Numbered from the stretch's first letter, positions 10,323 through 23,900 are shown. The stretch is 64,000 nucleotides of DNA from Flectonema sp. DT1601 (GCA_964019425.1 OZ025784.1:620001-684000); one strand, 5' to 3'. Numbers and translations are program-made. Notes: generated by a model from the letters alone, not told the origin.

Positions 10323-11114
10323 CTATGTGACCCACTGAGCACTATCACCCTGTGTGTTTAATGATATAAAAGGATGGCATCGCTCTCCTTCCCATCCAAT
10401 TGGTAGTTTCATGACTGGACCAGCCGGAAGAGAATTTACAAAAAAACGAGCTGACGCTACGTCATTTGAAGAATTTATTGTCATGGTGACAATAGCAGTG
10501 TCGGATTCTTCGTGAAGAACGTCACTAATTGGAATTAAATGTGTTCCGTCACCACTAAGAGATACATTTAAACAACTTTTACCTCCTCCAATTTGAATAG
10601 AAAAACACTTTGAAGGGTATTGTCTGAGAGGAGCTGACATACTTTCTTGCAGTGACATACCGTCTTCCCTCTCTAAGTCAGTAGGTCGACAGATTCCAAT
10701 GAGATATAAATTATCTGACAATGCTTCACAACTTGTTCTTAATAAGATGGTAAAAGTTGTGATTCCCCAATTTCTTGGAACACATCTATTCCACATCGCA
10801 GTGTATCCTCCATAATCATCCGAGTCATCAGCTGTCGGTAGTGGATAAGTTATTTTATTTCCTCCTCCAGTTGGCATTAATGCTGATTGATATGGCATCC
10901 ACCTCGACTTACTCCCATTCAACCCCCTCGGAGCGAACGATGTTATTATTCTATGGACCCCATACGGTACAGGGATCCCTCTGACTGCCCAGTACGTTAA
11001 GATTTTCGGATCTGGTGAACTTCCGATTGCTGTTACAGAATGACCACATAGGAGGCAGTATTTAGACACTGCCGGGATCTTATTTATACAACTGCGACAC
11101 ACTACTGTGTCCAT
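10323..11114 (-). CDS. Hypothetical protein with N-terminal zinc ribbon and SPRY-like C-terminal region
   Basis: CRSC-x10-CLLCG at the N-terminus. The C-terminal 'ARFFVNSLPAG...CHPFISL' resembles SPRY/B30.2 ends (tentative). Confidence 0.65.
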   Translation of the reverse strand: MDTVVCRSCINKIPAVSKYCLLCGHSVTAIGSSPDPKILTYWAVRGIPVPYGVHRIITSFAPRGLNGSKSRWMPYQSALMPTGGGNKITYPLPTADDSDDYGGYTAMWNRCVPRNWGITTFTILLRTSCEALSDNLYLIGICRPTDLEREDGMSLQESMSAPLRQYPSKCFSIQIGGGKSCLNVSLSGDGTHLIPISDVLHEESDTAIVTMTINSSNDVASARFFVNSLPAGPVMKLPIGWEGERCHPFISLNTQGDSAQWVT

Positions 11115-12018
11115 GTTAACGATTTCTTTCTGTGAAAAAAAAAAAAAAAAAAAGATTTCTTACTATAAAAATCAACACACAAAAATTTTAAAAACCAAAC
11201 CTATAAACCGTCAAACAGCAATGGCTAAGATGTGACTAAGAAGTAGTCCCTCAACTTTTTTTTTTTTTTTTTCTTTTTTTTTTTTAATTCCATCTCTCTC
11301 TTTTTTTTTTTTTATTAATTTTCCTTTTTTTCAAACTCTTTTTTTCTTATTTCGTTATGACTTATCCATTTTTTTTTTTTTTTTTAAAAACCTCCTTAGC
11401 ACATCCCTTTCTTTACAGATACCAGAAGTCATGACCATAAATAAAATAAAAAGAATTGGGAAAACGAATAAACAGAGGATATTGAAAAAAAGAGTCTGAG
11501 AGAAACGATAAAATAGACCTTTCTAGTCAGCCTGTTATGTGATAAAGGTACTTAAGAAACAGTAGCATCCCATCACCAATATATGATGATTGTCGCTATA
11601 CAAACGACGGGGGTATGAATATTTTAAATTCTTTCTCAATGAATCTCATGGAAAAAAAAAAAAAAAAAAAAAAAAAAAATGAAGGTTCTCGCAAAAAACA
11701 TTTTTACTGATGATGATATACAATAATTCGTCGAAATCGGGATACCTTTATTTTAGCTCAAAAACGAGTCTTGGTGATCCCCCAGTTGGCTGTTTTTTTT
11801 TTTTTTTTTTTCTCCCCTCAGCGCACAAACAAAAGTTCCACAGAAGACAAACAGCTAATTACATACCACTGACAAGTATCTATAAATGCTTCTGCGCACA
11901 CGGCTGATTACATTACTTGAGGTGTTGCTCGAAGGAGCTTTGTGTCTGGTTACCTGCTAACGTTTAACACAATAGTGATGTAGAGACTATTTCCTTACTG
12001 CTATCCTCAATGAGGTGT

Positions 12019-14943
12019 TCATGAAGGAGGACTAATAACTTTTTTTGGGTCCAATAGTGACACAGGAGGAGATCCGGGTACTTGCTGTTGCTGTGCTGCT
12101 AATTGTTGCTGACGAGCCTGAGCACTTGATATGGAAGCAATGAGTAACTGCAAGACTAGCAAGGTTCCCGCAGTCATTAACAGTGACCAACCAAGGTCTG
12201 TAGAATTTTTGGCGACTTTTTGCTTTCCAGTTCGAGCCTTGAGGGTGCTGGAATAATATTTCTTTTCAATTTGACGAATGTCTGGCCACTTCTCTTGTTT
12301 AAGAACTTGAATAGAGATGGTTGATTTATCAGACCCGTAGTAAAAGATTCTGGGACCAGTGACAGCACGGGAATCCCAAGACCAACTTTTAGATGGCTCT
12401 GTCACAGAAGATTCGCAAAAAATTGAAACTCGTTCACAGTTTGTGAAAGTTATTGATTTTAATGTTCCTTTCTTGAGAAATAATCTAACCCTCCTGCATT
12501 CCTTCATGTCGATCGTCTGTTGTTTCTTTGCTTCCGTATGAAGCATAATGTCTATGTCTTTGCTGTTATTTCCTTCTTGTCTTTCGATAACCCACTGTGA
12601 AGGTCTGCTTTCCTCAACTCGGGGAACTAAATTTTTAGAATTCTGTTTTGGTGATGAATCCGTTGAGGAGTTTTGTAATCTTGTTGGAACAGCTTTTGGA
12701 GGAGCTTCAGTTTTTTTATCAATTCGTTTTAATTTTATCTTCTTAACCTTATCATCAGTCTGGTCAGGTGGAGGAGTGTTGAGTTGGTGAAGAGTTGCAG
12801 ACAACTGTTGTCTGACTTTGTCGGTTTCCGCGGCCATGCGAGCCCCATCATGTTGATGCTGAGCATCCTTTTCCCGAATATCTCGCTCCAAACGTTCAGA
12901 TTTCAGAACTGATGTTGCCAACTGTTCTCTGAGACTGTCACACTGTTTTCGATAATTTTCAATTCCCTGTTGCAGTGCAGTCGTTTGTCGTTCGATAGCT
13001 TCCTGATCAGCCTCTAGTTTGGTTTTATTTTCTTGCATTTTGCCGTGTTTTTTTGTTATTTCATTCAATTTTTGCTCCGCTGTCCGTCTCTTTTCTTCCT
13101 CCTGCTCCAGGACCATGCCGAGTGCTTTGTATTCAGCGATTTGTCGTTTTAGTTCGATAACTTCTTGAAGACGATTTCCACTTTGTTGTTTAGCTTCTAA
13201 TAATTTGTGTTGATTAGTCTGAAGTTTATCAGTGTGAGAGAATGCAGCTTTTAGTCGTTTTCGAAGCCACGCGCTTCGTCTTTTTCGCAGTGACGCAAGC
13301 TCACCTTTCGTTCTTTTTTGATTTCCAGAAAGTTTGTGTCGAGGAGGGAGTTGATCGTTTGAAAGTTTTTTTAATTTCGGAGGTCTCGCTTTCTTCAACC
13401 ACTCCAATGCAGGAATGACTTTCCAGCGGTAGGGCTCAAGTAACTTACAGAGACCTTCGTTGAGCGTCTTTGAAATGTCTTTTTGACCTCCGAGAGGTAC
13501 TTTTCGAGGTATTCTCAACTGGATGACAGCAATCCTCTGAAACTCTATCCAATACAAGTCAGCATGAGTATTGAATGATGAGAGAAGCTGTGTTAACTTT
13601 CCTGATTCAACCATTCCCCCAACAGGTGGTAGAATAACGTACGTATTCGCGTGAGACTCTTCAGCACCAGGCAGATTGTCAGTTTTAGTAATTTCCAGTG
13701 GAACTGGAGAAGCAAACACATGAAGTTGATTAGCATAAGGAAACGCAGCTGGTGATCCCAACAACGGATTAGAATTCGACTTTTTCTTCGAATGATTTCG
13801 GACAAGGAAATCCAACGATGGTGGAGATGACTGTGTGTGAATAAGTCCGTGCAATGCAGCGAAAACAACACCCGTCAAGTATGAATCAACACCAGCATCA
13901 TGAGCTAAGATCTTCCCACTTGGAAGATACGGAAGGCTCTCTCTGACTAAAGGTTCCCACAAATTATATAAATCGAGTAATTGTAAATGTTTTAAACCTC
14001 CACCACCCTTTCTTAAGTAACCCATTAACTCGTTACATGAATCTTCTTTCTCAGCCAATATCGGATCATTCTTCTTTAGACGTTGCTGCTTCAATGAAAC
14101 AACTTGTTTTTCCAACACATCCCGAAGGTCTTCGGGATAAGCTGTTAGGAGATGTTTGGTGTCAATTGTTAACCCAACCTTGTTAGACAATTGATGCAAG
14201 AAGTCGGGTAGTTTTTGAGGAAGAGGTGCTTCCATTTGGTGCCACAAATATAAAAAATCTAACAAACACTGATGGCCGACCAGTGGTTTCCCGCAGTTCA
14301 AAACAGCATCCCAGATATCGAGGAACCCACAACCTGAATCTAACTCTTCAAGAAGTAGACTCTGACCACGTGATTGAAGTTTATCTCTTTCAGATAAGTA
14401 AACTGATCTTTGAATAAATGGAACACCGTGATTCAACCAACGGTTGAAATCAAACCCGTGCCTTGATAAGAATTTCAACGCCGACGCGAGGCAACCAAAC
14501 AGTAAATCGTGTTCGACTTTAACATTATTAGTGAGACCTGACCAAGGTTTTGGAGACAAGTAAATTGAATAAACATTTACAATATATCGATGTTCCTTGT
14601 TGCACCATTGGAAGCAAGTCAACCCAACTTGAACTATTAGAAATCCCTGCATTCGATGACCATCTTTGTGAGAGAAACCCTTGCCGAGGAGAGTTCGACG
14701 AAGCTCTCGGTATCGTTCGTTCAAACTTTGAAGGGCGATGTGTCCCTGTTGTCGTTCTCTGTTTAGACCTGTGAATTCGCAATCAACACCGACGAATAAC
14801 GCTGCCTTTAGATTTTGTTGCATAGATTCCTTCATACTCCCAATGTTCTCAGCGTCAACATGATGAACATTTACCTTCCCATTGTCTCCAGAAGTTAGAC
14901 ACCGTCGACCCCACCGCCTCGCTCCCCACAGCCGAAGGCTCAT
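12019..14943 (-). CDS. CAF1/PARN-family DEDDh 3'-5' exoribonuclease with coiled coil and C-terminal TM helix
   Basis: VGVDCEFTGL, FLSRHGFDFNRW, LVGHQCLLDF, IDTKHL, AHDAGVDSYLTG. Long coiled coil, then hydrophobic LGWSLLMTAGTLLVLQLLIASIS near the C-terminus. Confidence 0.88.
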   Translation of the reverse strand: MSLRLWGARRWGRRCLTSGDNGKVNVHHVDAENIGSMKESMQQNLKAALFVGVDCEFTGLNRERQQGHIALQSLNERYRELRRTLLGKGFSHKDGHRMQGFLIVQVGLTCFQWCNKEHRYIVNVYSIYLSPKPWSGLTNNVKVEHDLLFGCLASALKFLSRHGFDFNRWLNHGVPFIQRSVYLSERDKLQSRGQSLLLEELDSGCGFLDIWDAVLNCGKPLVGHQCLLDFLYLWHQMEAPLPQKLPDFLHQLSNKVGLTIDTKHLLTAYPEDLRDVLEKQVVSLKQQRLKKNDPILAEKEDSCNELMGYLRKGGGGLKHLQLLDLYNLWEPLVRESLPYLPSGKILAHDAGVDSYLTGVVFAALHGLIHTQSSPPSLDFLVRNHSKKKSNSNPLLGSPAAFPYANQLHVFASPVPLEITKTDNLPGAEESHANTYVILPPVGGMVESGKLTQLLSSFNTHADLYWIEFQRIAVIQLRIPRKVPLGGQKDISKTLNEGLCKLLEPYRWKVIPALEWLKKARPPKLKKLSNDQLPPRHKLSGNQKRTKGELASLRKRRSAWLRKRLKAAFSHTDKLQTNQHKLLEAKQQSGNRLQEVIELKRQIAEYKALGMVLEQEEEKRRTAEQKLNEITKKHGKMQENKTKLEADQEAIERQTTALQQGIENYRKQCDSLREQLATSVLKSERLERDIREKDAQHQHDGARMAAETDKVRQQLSATLHQLNTPPPDQTDDKVKKIKLKRIDKKTEAPPKAVPTRLQNSSTDSSPKQNSKNLVPRVEESRPSQWVIERQEGNNSKDIDIMLHTEAKKQQTIDMKECRRVRLFLKKGTLKSITFTNCERVSIFCESSVTEPSKSWSWDSRAVTGPRIFYYGSDKSTISIQVLKQEKWPDIRQIEKKYYSSTLKARTGKQKVAKNSTDLGWSLLMTAGTLLVLQLLIASISSAQARQQQLAAQQQQVPGSPPVSLLDPKKVISPPS

Positions 14944-15878
14944 CTCATTTCTGTTTTCGATGCTGTAGATGAGATTACTTTAAACGGTCAGAAATTAGTA
15001 ATAATTTGCGTGATTAACATATTCACCACCGCAGGTGTGGCTGTGCTAAGTACCCTTTTAAATGATTAACTCGTAAGCTGTAAGAAAAGTAATTGAACAC
15101 CAAACAACTTCAATAATCAAACCAAAAACAACTTTCTAAAGGAGGTCAGAAAGCTGGCGAACTTGTCGCAATTTTTCATTACATCTGCGGGTATTGTGAT
15201 TGGCAAAGTTGGGAAAGAATTTTTTGCCATCAAAAATACGAAACAATAGTCTTTCCAATTTTTTTTTTTCAAAAAGGAAAAAAAAAAAAAGAAATTAACG
15301 TCAAAAAAGAATTATTGAAAAAAAGATTTATTGTGAAGGGAAAATACTAACAGAACAAAGGACATCCTTCGAGAAGAGTTTTTTTTTTTTTTTTCCCCCT
15401 TTCTGTCCCGAATTCATAACAACTATTCCTCTTCACAAGAGCCCAATGAGGCTCCCGAGAATTAAAATTTTTTCGTTGAAAAAAAAAAAGAAAAAAACCA
15501 TCTGGTTCTGGTGTGTATCCCCCTTTGACATTTTAGTCCTTTGCAATAATATAAACAAACATACATAGAAACTCGTTAGCTAGGAAGGGAAGAATTAAAG
15601 AAACAAAACTCAACCATTCAAAAAAAAAAAAAAAACGGATGCGAAAAGGAAAGTACCGACTCAAAAACTAAAGAGAGTCTTCTAAACTAAAAATGAAATG
15701 GACAAGGATATCGATCCTCCTACTTCTTTCCCGCAAGGAAGTCTGTTTTTAATAAATAAAATAAAAATAAATAAATAAACAAATAAATAAAAAAGGCAGT
15801 TAGTAGATTTTGAAATGACATTTACTTTTATTGAAACAAAAAAAATATTTAAAAAAAAAAAAAATGTTTTGGAAACAA

Positions 15879-18800
15879 TCATTCCTTAATCTCAACGCCT
15901 TTTTCTCCAACCGTCTTCCGACCTTCATTTCTTCTTTCAATTCCGATCATGAGTGAAATCTGTGGCTTTTGATTTCGAACATCCAGGGGGATGTGCGCCA
16001 ATATTGGATGCTCTTCTATTAGGTTTGCTATGGCAGTCAGCATTGAAGTATCTCCCGTTAGAGGTATATTACCAATTGGAACCTCTCGTCTACCTTCGAG
16101 GTGAATTAATATCAGTTTCCAAGCGTTTATCCGAGCTTCCTTTGTTATACCCATCTGCTTTGCGACTGTAGTTATAAACGATTTACCGGTGTCTGCGGGA
16201 GATACAACAAATAAGAACGGAGTCGCGAAGATCTCAAGTATGTGGGAGTTGGTCCATTGACGTTCACAATGACAGATACTGATAAGAGATGATTCTCGTG
16301 GGATGGTGTCCCATGTTGAGAAGCTTCCAACATTATCAGATGCTTGGAAAGTTGTTTCCGGTCCGATCAGTCTACGTAGTTTATAATTAGGTAGTATAAG
16401 ACAGTTGATTCTACAATTGACAACCTGAACCAATTGTAGTTTCTTTGGCGACACTATCCCAGCCAGTGGGGGAGCTGATCTCTTCGCCATGTCGTTGCTG
16501 TTCGCTAATCCACTGATAGCCGCCAACGCAGCCGATGCCATCGCATCATTTTTCAAAAATATCGCATCTTGTTTTACCACACCCTTCAGTGTAACGTATG
16601 ATACGGGGACCTGATTTTATTTATATCTTCTAATAATTATCCTAAGCAAGACACAAAGTTTTATAAAAAAAGAAAAACGAAAGTAAAGCAAACAAACCTC
16701 TAATTTTGACAACAACGTCGGTATTGCGATTGTTGTCGTCTCGTATGTGAGTCTGTTGTCAGGAGTAAGCATCTGTTTGTATGTTAAGTTCTTATTACCT
16801 CAGTGTGGGGAGGGTACCACCTCAAGTATCAAGAACAAGAACTCATACCTGAGAAAGACTAATGTATTCAAATGGCGGAGAAATAATTTTTCCAAAAACG
16901 CTAAATCGAATATGGCGACCAGACACTCGAATGGCCTCAGAAACAGCTCCCAAGACCTTCGAGTATCTATCTGTGATGAAGAGTGAAATCTTTATTTCTT
17001 GTTGAGGAGGTTGATTAGAACTTTTATCAACTACCTTACCTGACGGTACTAATGTTACCAACCTCTTAGTCAACAGTGACTTGAAAGCATCGGCAGGAGA
17101 TGGAGGGTTGGATACCCTCCTTGCCAAGTCCATTTCTGTAGTAAAGATAACAATATCACCCGTCCCTATTCCACAGTCAAAGAGTGACGAAGTAGACGAA
17201 TGAAGCGGCTGGATTAACGAGGCTCGACATTCTTCCCACAAACGGATTCGAGTTCTCTGAATCGGAAGGTCTTTCAGTTTCAAAATCTTGTCTGACAATT
17301 CACTTACCGTCGCCTTGCACGAAACAACAACTGTTCCTGCGAACGTCAATTTCACTAAAACAGGATCGTATTGTTTTATGAAGATTCCAATAAAACCATT
17401 TTTTAAATTATCACCTTGATCAATATGTAACATCACTTTGTGTGGACCATCACTTTCTGAAGTAATAAACATATCAGAAAGGGGAGTGTGTGGCTGAGGT
17501 ATACTGCACTTGTCTCCCACAGCAGTATTTAGCGTGATGAGAGGTGACATTGCTCTGATGGTTTCATTATTGCGTTCCAACCAAATCCACAGTCGGATTG
17601 GTACGTTTAGAGGAACAGAGAAATGTTTGTGAACTTGTTGAATAAACTTTTCATAAGTAGTCTGCATTGATATCTTCAGAGGTGCCAACGAACTCCAACC
17701 TGGTGGAAGCAAGTCTCTGTGTAAGTATCCAGATGACACGTCATATTCACTCAACACGTCTTCACTGCTGATGTGAAATTCATAAGTCTGCCTATCAACA
17801 AGTTTCTTTGTCAGAGCTTCTCTCTGCGCACGATTTCGTCTTTCAAAAACCCGATGAAGCTCATCTGTGAGCGGAACTTCCGAAGGTGCAATATTAGATA
17901 GTTTTGATGACCTGTTTGGTTGTTGTTAGTTTTTTGTTATGTAAGCCTACTGCAGACAAGAGAGAAACAGTACACCGTTCGTCCTAAAGAGGCGTAATTA
18001 GTATTGAATATTTAGTGCATGGCATTGGTGGTTTTAAGCTCTATCTTTCTAAGTAAAATAAATGAAATACCTAACGTATGTGAGCATGTATGCAACTGTT
18101 GAACTTCCTGTTGACAGGTCAGATAGCCAAAAGTACTCTTCTGAAGCACCTCCGAAGAGTTCATTTGTGGCGGAGCGCTCGGAAACGGAAGTTACAGAGC
18201 TGTCGTCGAATTTGAACCATTGGTTTCTATCTGGTGAATGCTTATCTCCTAAGTGAGGTCGTACGTATGTGAAATAGTGTCCTCCAACTCCAGTTCCAGA
18301 GTGTGCAAGAACAGAAAACAGTTCATACTGAAGGTTATCTTGTTTTCCCTTTTTAGTCCTTTCTTCAGTGCGATAATACTCTGATATGTCTAGTTTAATG
18401 GGAAATTCAAATCGATCGTTTACCATTTTATTCTCACCGGCTACGTAATCGAATTCACATCTTCTCAAATGAAGACAAAGCACAGGAGGGAAGACTGTGT
18501 ACTCCATTCCTTTCTTAGCATCTTCAAAACTATCGATATTTTTACTCGGGTCGACAGCGTGATATGCATTGTCACCTGTAAGCATCTCTGACTGCAGTTG
18601 TTTTTTAAAAGACTCTTTTATGTTACTGCATCCACGGACACATAGTTGGAGATCAAGGAAAGGCTCAAGGGATGAAGAGCCAAAATCAACCTTTGTACAT
18701 TTTATAAAGTGATGAATTTTTCCAGCGAGAAGATCTTTTATTTTGTTCTGTAACGGTGTCTTTGTGATTTTAAATTCGATGGCGTCGATTAAAATCCGAG

Positions 18801-19647
18801 CGAGTTCTTGAACGTCTTGTTGTTCAAGAGCAACTTCATTTCCTCCCCAACCGAAACTGTCAGTTAATTTGGTAGTAGTAATACTCTTAACTCCTGGTTC
18901 GTTACTAACTTGAAGCTTCTGCATATCATAGAAAAGGTTCGCTAACGACATTACTATCTCTTTTTTTCGATCAATCTTTTTACCAGGGGTTGATACCTTA
19001 CTCAATTCTATAGCAAGTAGGTATGTCACTTGTCGAAACCCACCCAAGTGATACAATACTTGAATGAGACTATTTACATAGCAAGTTGCTCCTTGATTTC
19101 GAAGACCAACGTAGGAGTGTTTCTTTCTAATTGAGGTGGCTAATTGTGAGGACATCGTGTCATTTTTTATCGTAAATCTAATTTGGATTCCAGTAGTGAA
19201 TCCGTCACTAAAAGTTGTGTTTCTGACTACTTCTGGGAACTCTTGTTTTGTAACCTGAGAAGAGAATCCTATAGACTTAGCATTCTGTGAGAATGTATGA
19301 CCAATGATGGTATTTATTTGATCTTCATTGGGAGTTCCTGATACGGGAATGGTTTCAATTTTGATATGAGCTACCACTTCCTCTCCATCCCACGAATTAC
19401 TATTGTTCAATCGCTGTAGTGGTCCAGTGCATTCGACGTAGATGCCTATATCTTCTTGGACTTGTTGTACAAGAATTCGAAACCCAGCATCTCCAACTTC
19501 TATCTTCGGACTTTTTTCTTGTTTTCCATGTTTCGTACAATCTTCAACATACCAATTACCATACGGTATCATGTAACTCCACATGGAAGCCGTCGCATCT
19601 TTTCCAATATCTCTAACTTTTTCAAGGCGTCTGGAAGAGAGGCTCAT
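15879..19647 (-). CDS. USP7: USP7-like ubiquitin C-terminal hydrolase (MATH + USP catalytic + UBL-like tail); 4 exons
   Basis: Cys box GLRNQGATCYVNS, QQDVQEL, His box HSGTGVGGHYFTY...WFKFDD. Introns 18070-17912, 16848-16773 and 16697-16611 (all GT..CAG) join three track ORFs plus a 75-nt exon (16772-16698) in frame. Confidence 0.88.
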
Positions 19648-20182
19648 GTCTCTGTTTAGGTCATTAAGATTCTTGGCATATTTGTGTACTTCTTCTGTTT
19701 TAAAAAAAAAAGTTTTTTTCCAACTCGTCTAAGTAATAGCACTTCGCAATACGAACATAATTTATTATTCCTATTAAACGAGAAAAATAGACAAACCAGA
19801 AGCACTGTAACTACAATAAGATATAATAGAAGTGTCTCTGAACCCAATCAGTACGGACTTCGTTAAAATTTATATTTTCATTTTTTTTTTTTCTTGATTC
19901 CTTTTTTTTTTTTTTTTTTTTTTCCTTCCCCCTCGGTTTTTTTTTTTTTTTCATCGACTTTTATAATAGAAAAAAAAAAAAAAAAGAAAAAAACAACTGT
20001 TTCAGACGTTGGATCCACAATTTACAAGCAGCTTGCTGCAAGCAAATGAAAATAACACAAGACCGGGCAACAATAATACCTGCCTTCTTTTTTTTTTTTT
20101 TTTTTTTAAATTCGTCCAAAAGTCCATCTTCTAAATATCATCCTCACAATGTTTTTGTGCAATAACCAAGGATGGGAAAAAA

Positions 20183-20214
<32 letters not shown>

Positions 20215-20939
20215 GAAAACAAAACGAAACAAAACAAACCAGAAAAAAAACTAAACAAAAAATCCTTCGAGTAAACGAATTTCACAAAAAAAAAAAAATG
20301 AAATGGGAGTGAAACTTCGGTAACAGTAACACTTTTTGATATCAATTCTAAATTAATATCAAGTACATGACTTTGGAAAAAAAAATATTTGGAGCAGCCA
20401 GTCAAATTCACGAATGGAGGGCCGACTATTTGAGATATAAATATATGTATTGTATTAAGGTTAACTAAAATTAAACAATTAGTAATTTATGATACAGTGA
20501 AATGGGGTGGGGAACAGAGGAAGACAAGGGAACAACTCACTGTTTTGATAAACAAGCAACACGTCTTGATTTTTGAGACTTGTCTTTTTTTTTTTTTTTT
20601 ATTCTTTTTTTATATTCTCAAATTTAGTCAGCATGATCTGATTAGAATTGTCGCAATTAACACAATCAAAAAAAAAAAAATTCCCCCCCAATCTTATTTT
20701 TTTTTGTGAGCAATTAACATGCAGTTCCGGCTTTGTTAATTTTTTTTTCCTATTTTTTTTTTTTTTTTTTCTTCTTCTCACTGAGTGGCCAGGCAACTTT
20801 GTTCTTATTTTTTTTTTTTTTTTTTTTTGCAATAAAAAAAAGAAGTTCTCAGTTTCTAATTCTGGTGTGTCAACCACTTATACGGGTCTATGGTTCAAAG
20901 AGAAAGAGGAGAGGGGAAAGGGGTATGACAGATGCTCTA

Positions 20940-23900
20940 TCAAACCTGAAGCTTGGCATAAGTTGTTGGTGCGGCTCCGGCTGCATGGGTCTGACGTTGT
21001 TGCATTTCAGCCGCTGCTTTCTGTCCTTGCTTCTTTTTGTTGTGTAAAGTCCAACAGATTACAAGAGCTGTGACTACCAACAACAAAGCTCCGAACACAA
21101 CAAACTTGGTTATAGTTTCACTAGTGTCCTCAGACCAACCCTTTTGAAGCCAATACTGATCATTTTTATATTGGGGTGCTGATAAATAACTTGGAGACTC
21201 ATGGTACCAAGGTGATTCTCTCCATTTCGGGTCATTCTTTATGTAAATTCCGATAGGTGACTTGTCCCATTCTGGTGATGTCTCGTATGCAGTTTGCGGA
21301 GTAGATCCAACACAAAGTCCTTCGAAATTCCATAGACATTCAGGGAAACTTTCACAATTATTCTTAGTTTCGTATCGTCCGCAGTCAGATTTGCATTCTT
21401 CACCTGCACCGCTGTGTCCGTATTCACATGCTTCTAAGTCTTTACATCCTGCTTCAACTGTAACGATGCTACACGAAGATATACATTGACCTTCTCCTAC
21501 TAAAGTTATCATCCAACGACAATCGAATTGTGCGTCACAGACATCCTTAGTCGGATGAATAGGACAAGGCAATGATGCAGGTTGTGCATTACCACCATGA
21601 CCACCACCACCACCACCTCCGCCATTTAATACAGAAAATGATCGCGACTGAGTGTCACACGAACTCCCTGACCAGGTACAACCTGTTGGACATGATCCTT
21701 GAGGATGTCCTGAGCATAGTACGCAGGCACTTGTTTCCCACAGGCATCCAGTTTTTGCTCCACATAAAGTTGAATCTGTCATGTCAGAACACATCTTTAA
21801 CCTGCAAGCTGATGTTTCCCAAAAACAATCAGTTTTTAAGTTGCAAGGCGCTTCAACAGTTTCTGAAGCACACGATGAGACAACACACTGTGAACCTGTC
21901 CATCCACAGTCAGAATCAGCAGCACAGGTACCGACATCAGTATTTAATGAACAATCCTTTTCACACATAGAAGCTACAGTATTCCACTTACACATAGCAC
22001 CATCATCACATGTTGATTGGGTTGTTAAATAAGTACAGTTATCAGAACAGGTGTTGGCAGTCCCATCCCAAGAGCATTTCAAATTTGAACAGTCTAACGC
22101 TGTGGTCATAGCAGAGCAAGGCGTCTTAATACAAACAGAATTACCAGTATCCCATTGGCATTCACTTAGTGGAGTACATTCTGTTTGCGTCATTTTTGAA
22201 CAATTCATATTGCAGGTAACAGAAGATGTGTCCCACGAACACTTTTGTTGTGCCTCACACTCAGATTTGATTGTTTTTATTGTACAATTAGCTGAAATAT
22301 CACATGTGGTGGTGGTGGTGTCCCACATGCATCCTGTCTTTGCACTGCAATCTGGTTCTGTTTGTTTTCCAGTACAGTTTACTTTTTGGCATTCTGTGTT
22401 CACTGTGTCCCATTCACATTGACCCAGTGCATCACAGCCTTGTGATGTTGTTTTGTTTGAACAGACATTGTTACCTGCTTCACATGATGTTGCTTGTGAA
22501 TCCCAAGTACAATCAGTCATGGCATTGCAATCTACTTCAGTTGTTTTAGTAGTACAACCACCACCTGATACACACATAGAAGTGTGTGCTTCCCATACGC
22601 AGGTTGCTGCAGCTGTGCAGTCTGCCTCAACTGTGTTTGCTGAACAACCAGCAGTTGCACACGTTGAACTTTGTGCATTCCAGGCACAGGTTGTATCCGC
22701 AGTGCAGATTGGTTCAGCTGTCTTGGTACTACAGTTGACAGGTGCAGCCGATGCCTCACAAGCCGAAGTATTCGTGTTCCACATGCAAGTAGATACAGCA
22801 GTGCAGTCTGCCTCAACTGACTTCGCAGTACAGTTGACAGGTGAGCAAACTGAAGTGTGTGAATCCCAAGCGCAGCTTGTTTCTGCAGTGCAAGCCGTTT
22901 GATTTGCTTTGGTACTGCAGTCTACGGGTGCAACCGATGATGTATCGCAAGCTGAGGTCTGCGTGTTCCACACGCAAGCGGACACAGCAGCGCAGTCTGC
23001 CTGAATTATCTTCGCGGTACAGTTAATCGCAAGTGGTGTTGATGAACAAGATGAAGCTTGAGCATTCCAGAAACAACTTGACACTGTGGCGCAATCTGTT
23101 TCATTGGCCTTCTTCAGGCAGGCATCAGCAGTTGGGGATGAAGCAGCACACGCTGAGGAGTGAGCATCCCATGAACAAGCTGCTATTGATTTACAATCAG
23201 ATTCAACTGCCTTTGTTGTGCAATCAACAGCGCCACATGTTGAGTGAGAAGAGCTCCATTCACAGTCAGGAGCAAGACACACGGGCTCTGTAGTCTTTGA
23301 CGAGCAGTCAACACCAGTTAAAGGCTTCGCTGCTGCTGTTATACATTTTGATAAATGGGCATCCCACGAACAGGTAGAAAGTGGTGTGCAATCACCTTCA
23401 ACAGTTTTTGTATCACAAGGCACTAAAGAACAGACAGAATGAGATGCTTCCCAACTACATTCTGGTGCAGAAGTACAATCCATTTCATGTTTAGATGAGC
23501 AATCGACGGAGGCTGCAACTGCGTCAGCGCATTTTGACGTCGTTGAGTTCCAGTCGCAGGAGGATAACGCCATGCAATCAGTTTGTGATTTTGTGTCACA
23601 TTTTATTTCACCACAGGTTTTTTTTGATGTGTTCCATTCACAAGTTCCCTTACATTCTGATTGAGGTTTTGATGAACAACCAGTGGGGTGTCCTCCTCCA
23701 CCTCCATGACCCCCTCCACCATGAGATGCAGCAGCGCAGGAAGAAGCTTTAGAATCCCACGCGCAGCTGTGATACTTTGCGCACATCGTACTATTAAATG
23801 ATGGGCAGTCAGGTAGAATAACAGCACATGTTGAGGTTGTCGTATTCCAAGAGCATCCTTTCATCGGAGTGCAAACATCTTCTTTAAAACTAGCGCAGTT

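Noticed and set aside
17912..18070. USP7 intron 1 as a snoRNA (GCCATGCAC matches SSU rRNA; GCCT/AGGC hairpin followed by ACA)
   Set aside because: The 9-nt match has no adjacent D box or upstream C box, and I could not build a correctly spaced pocket with a credible target.
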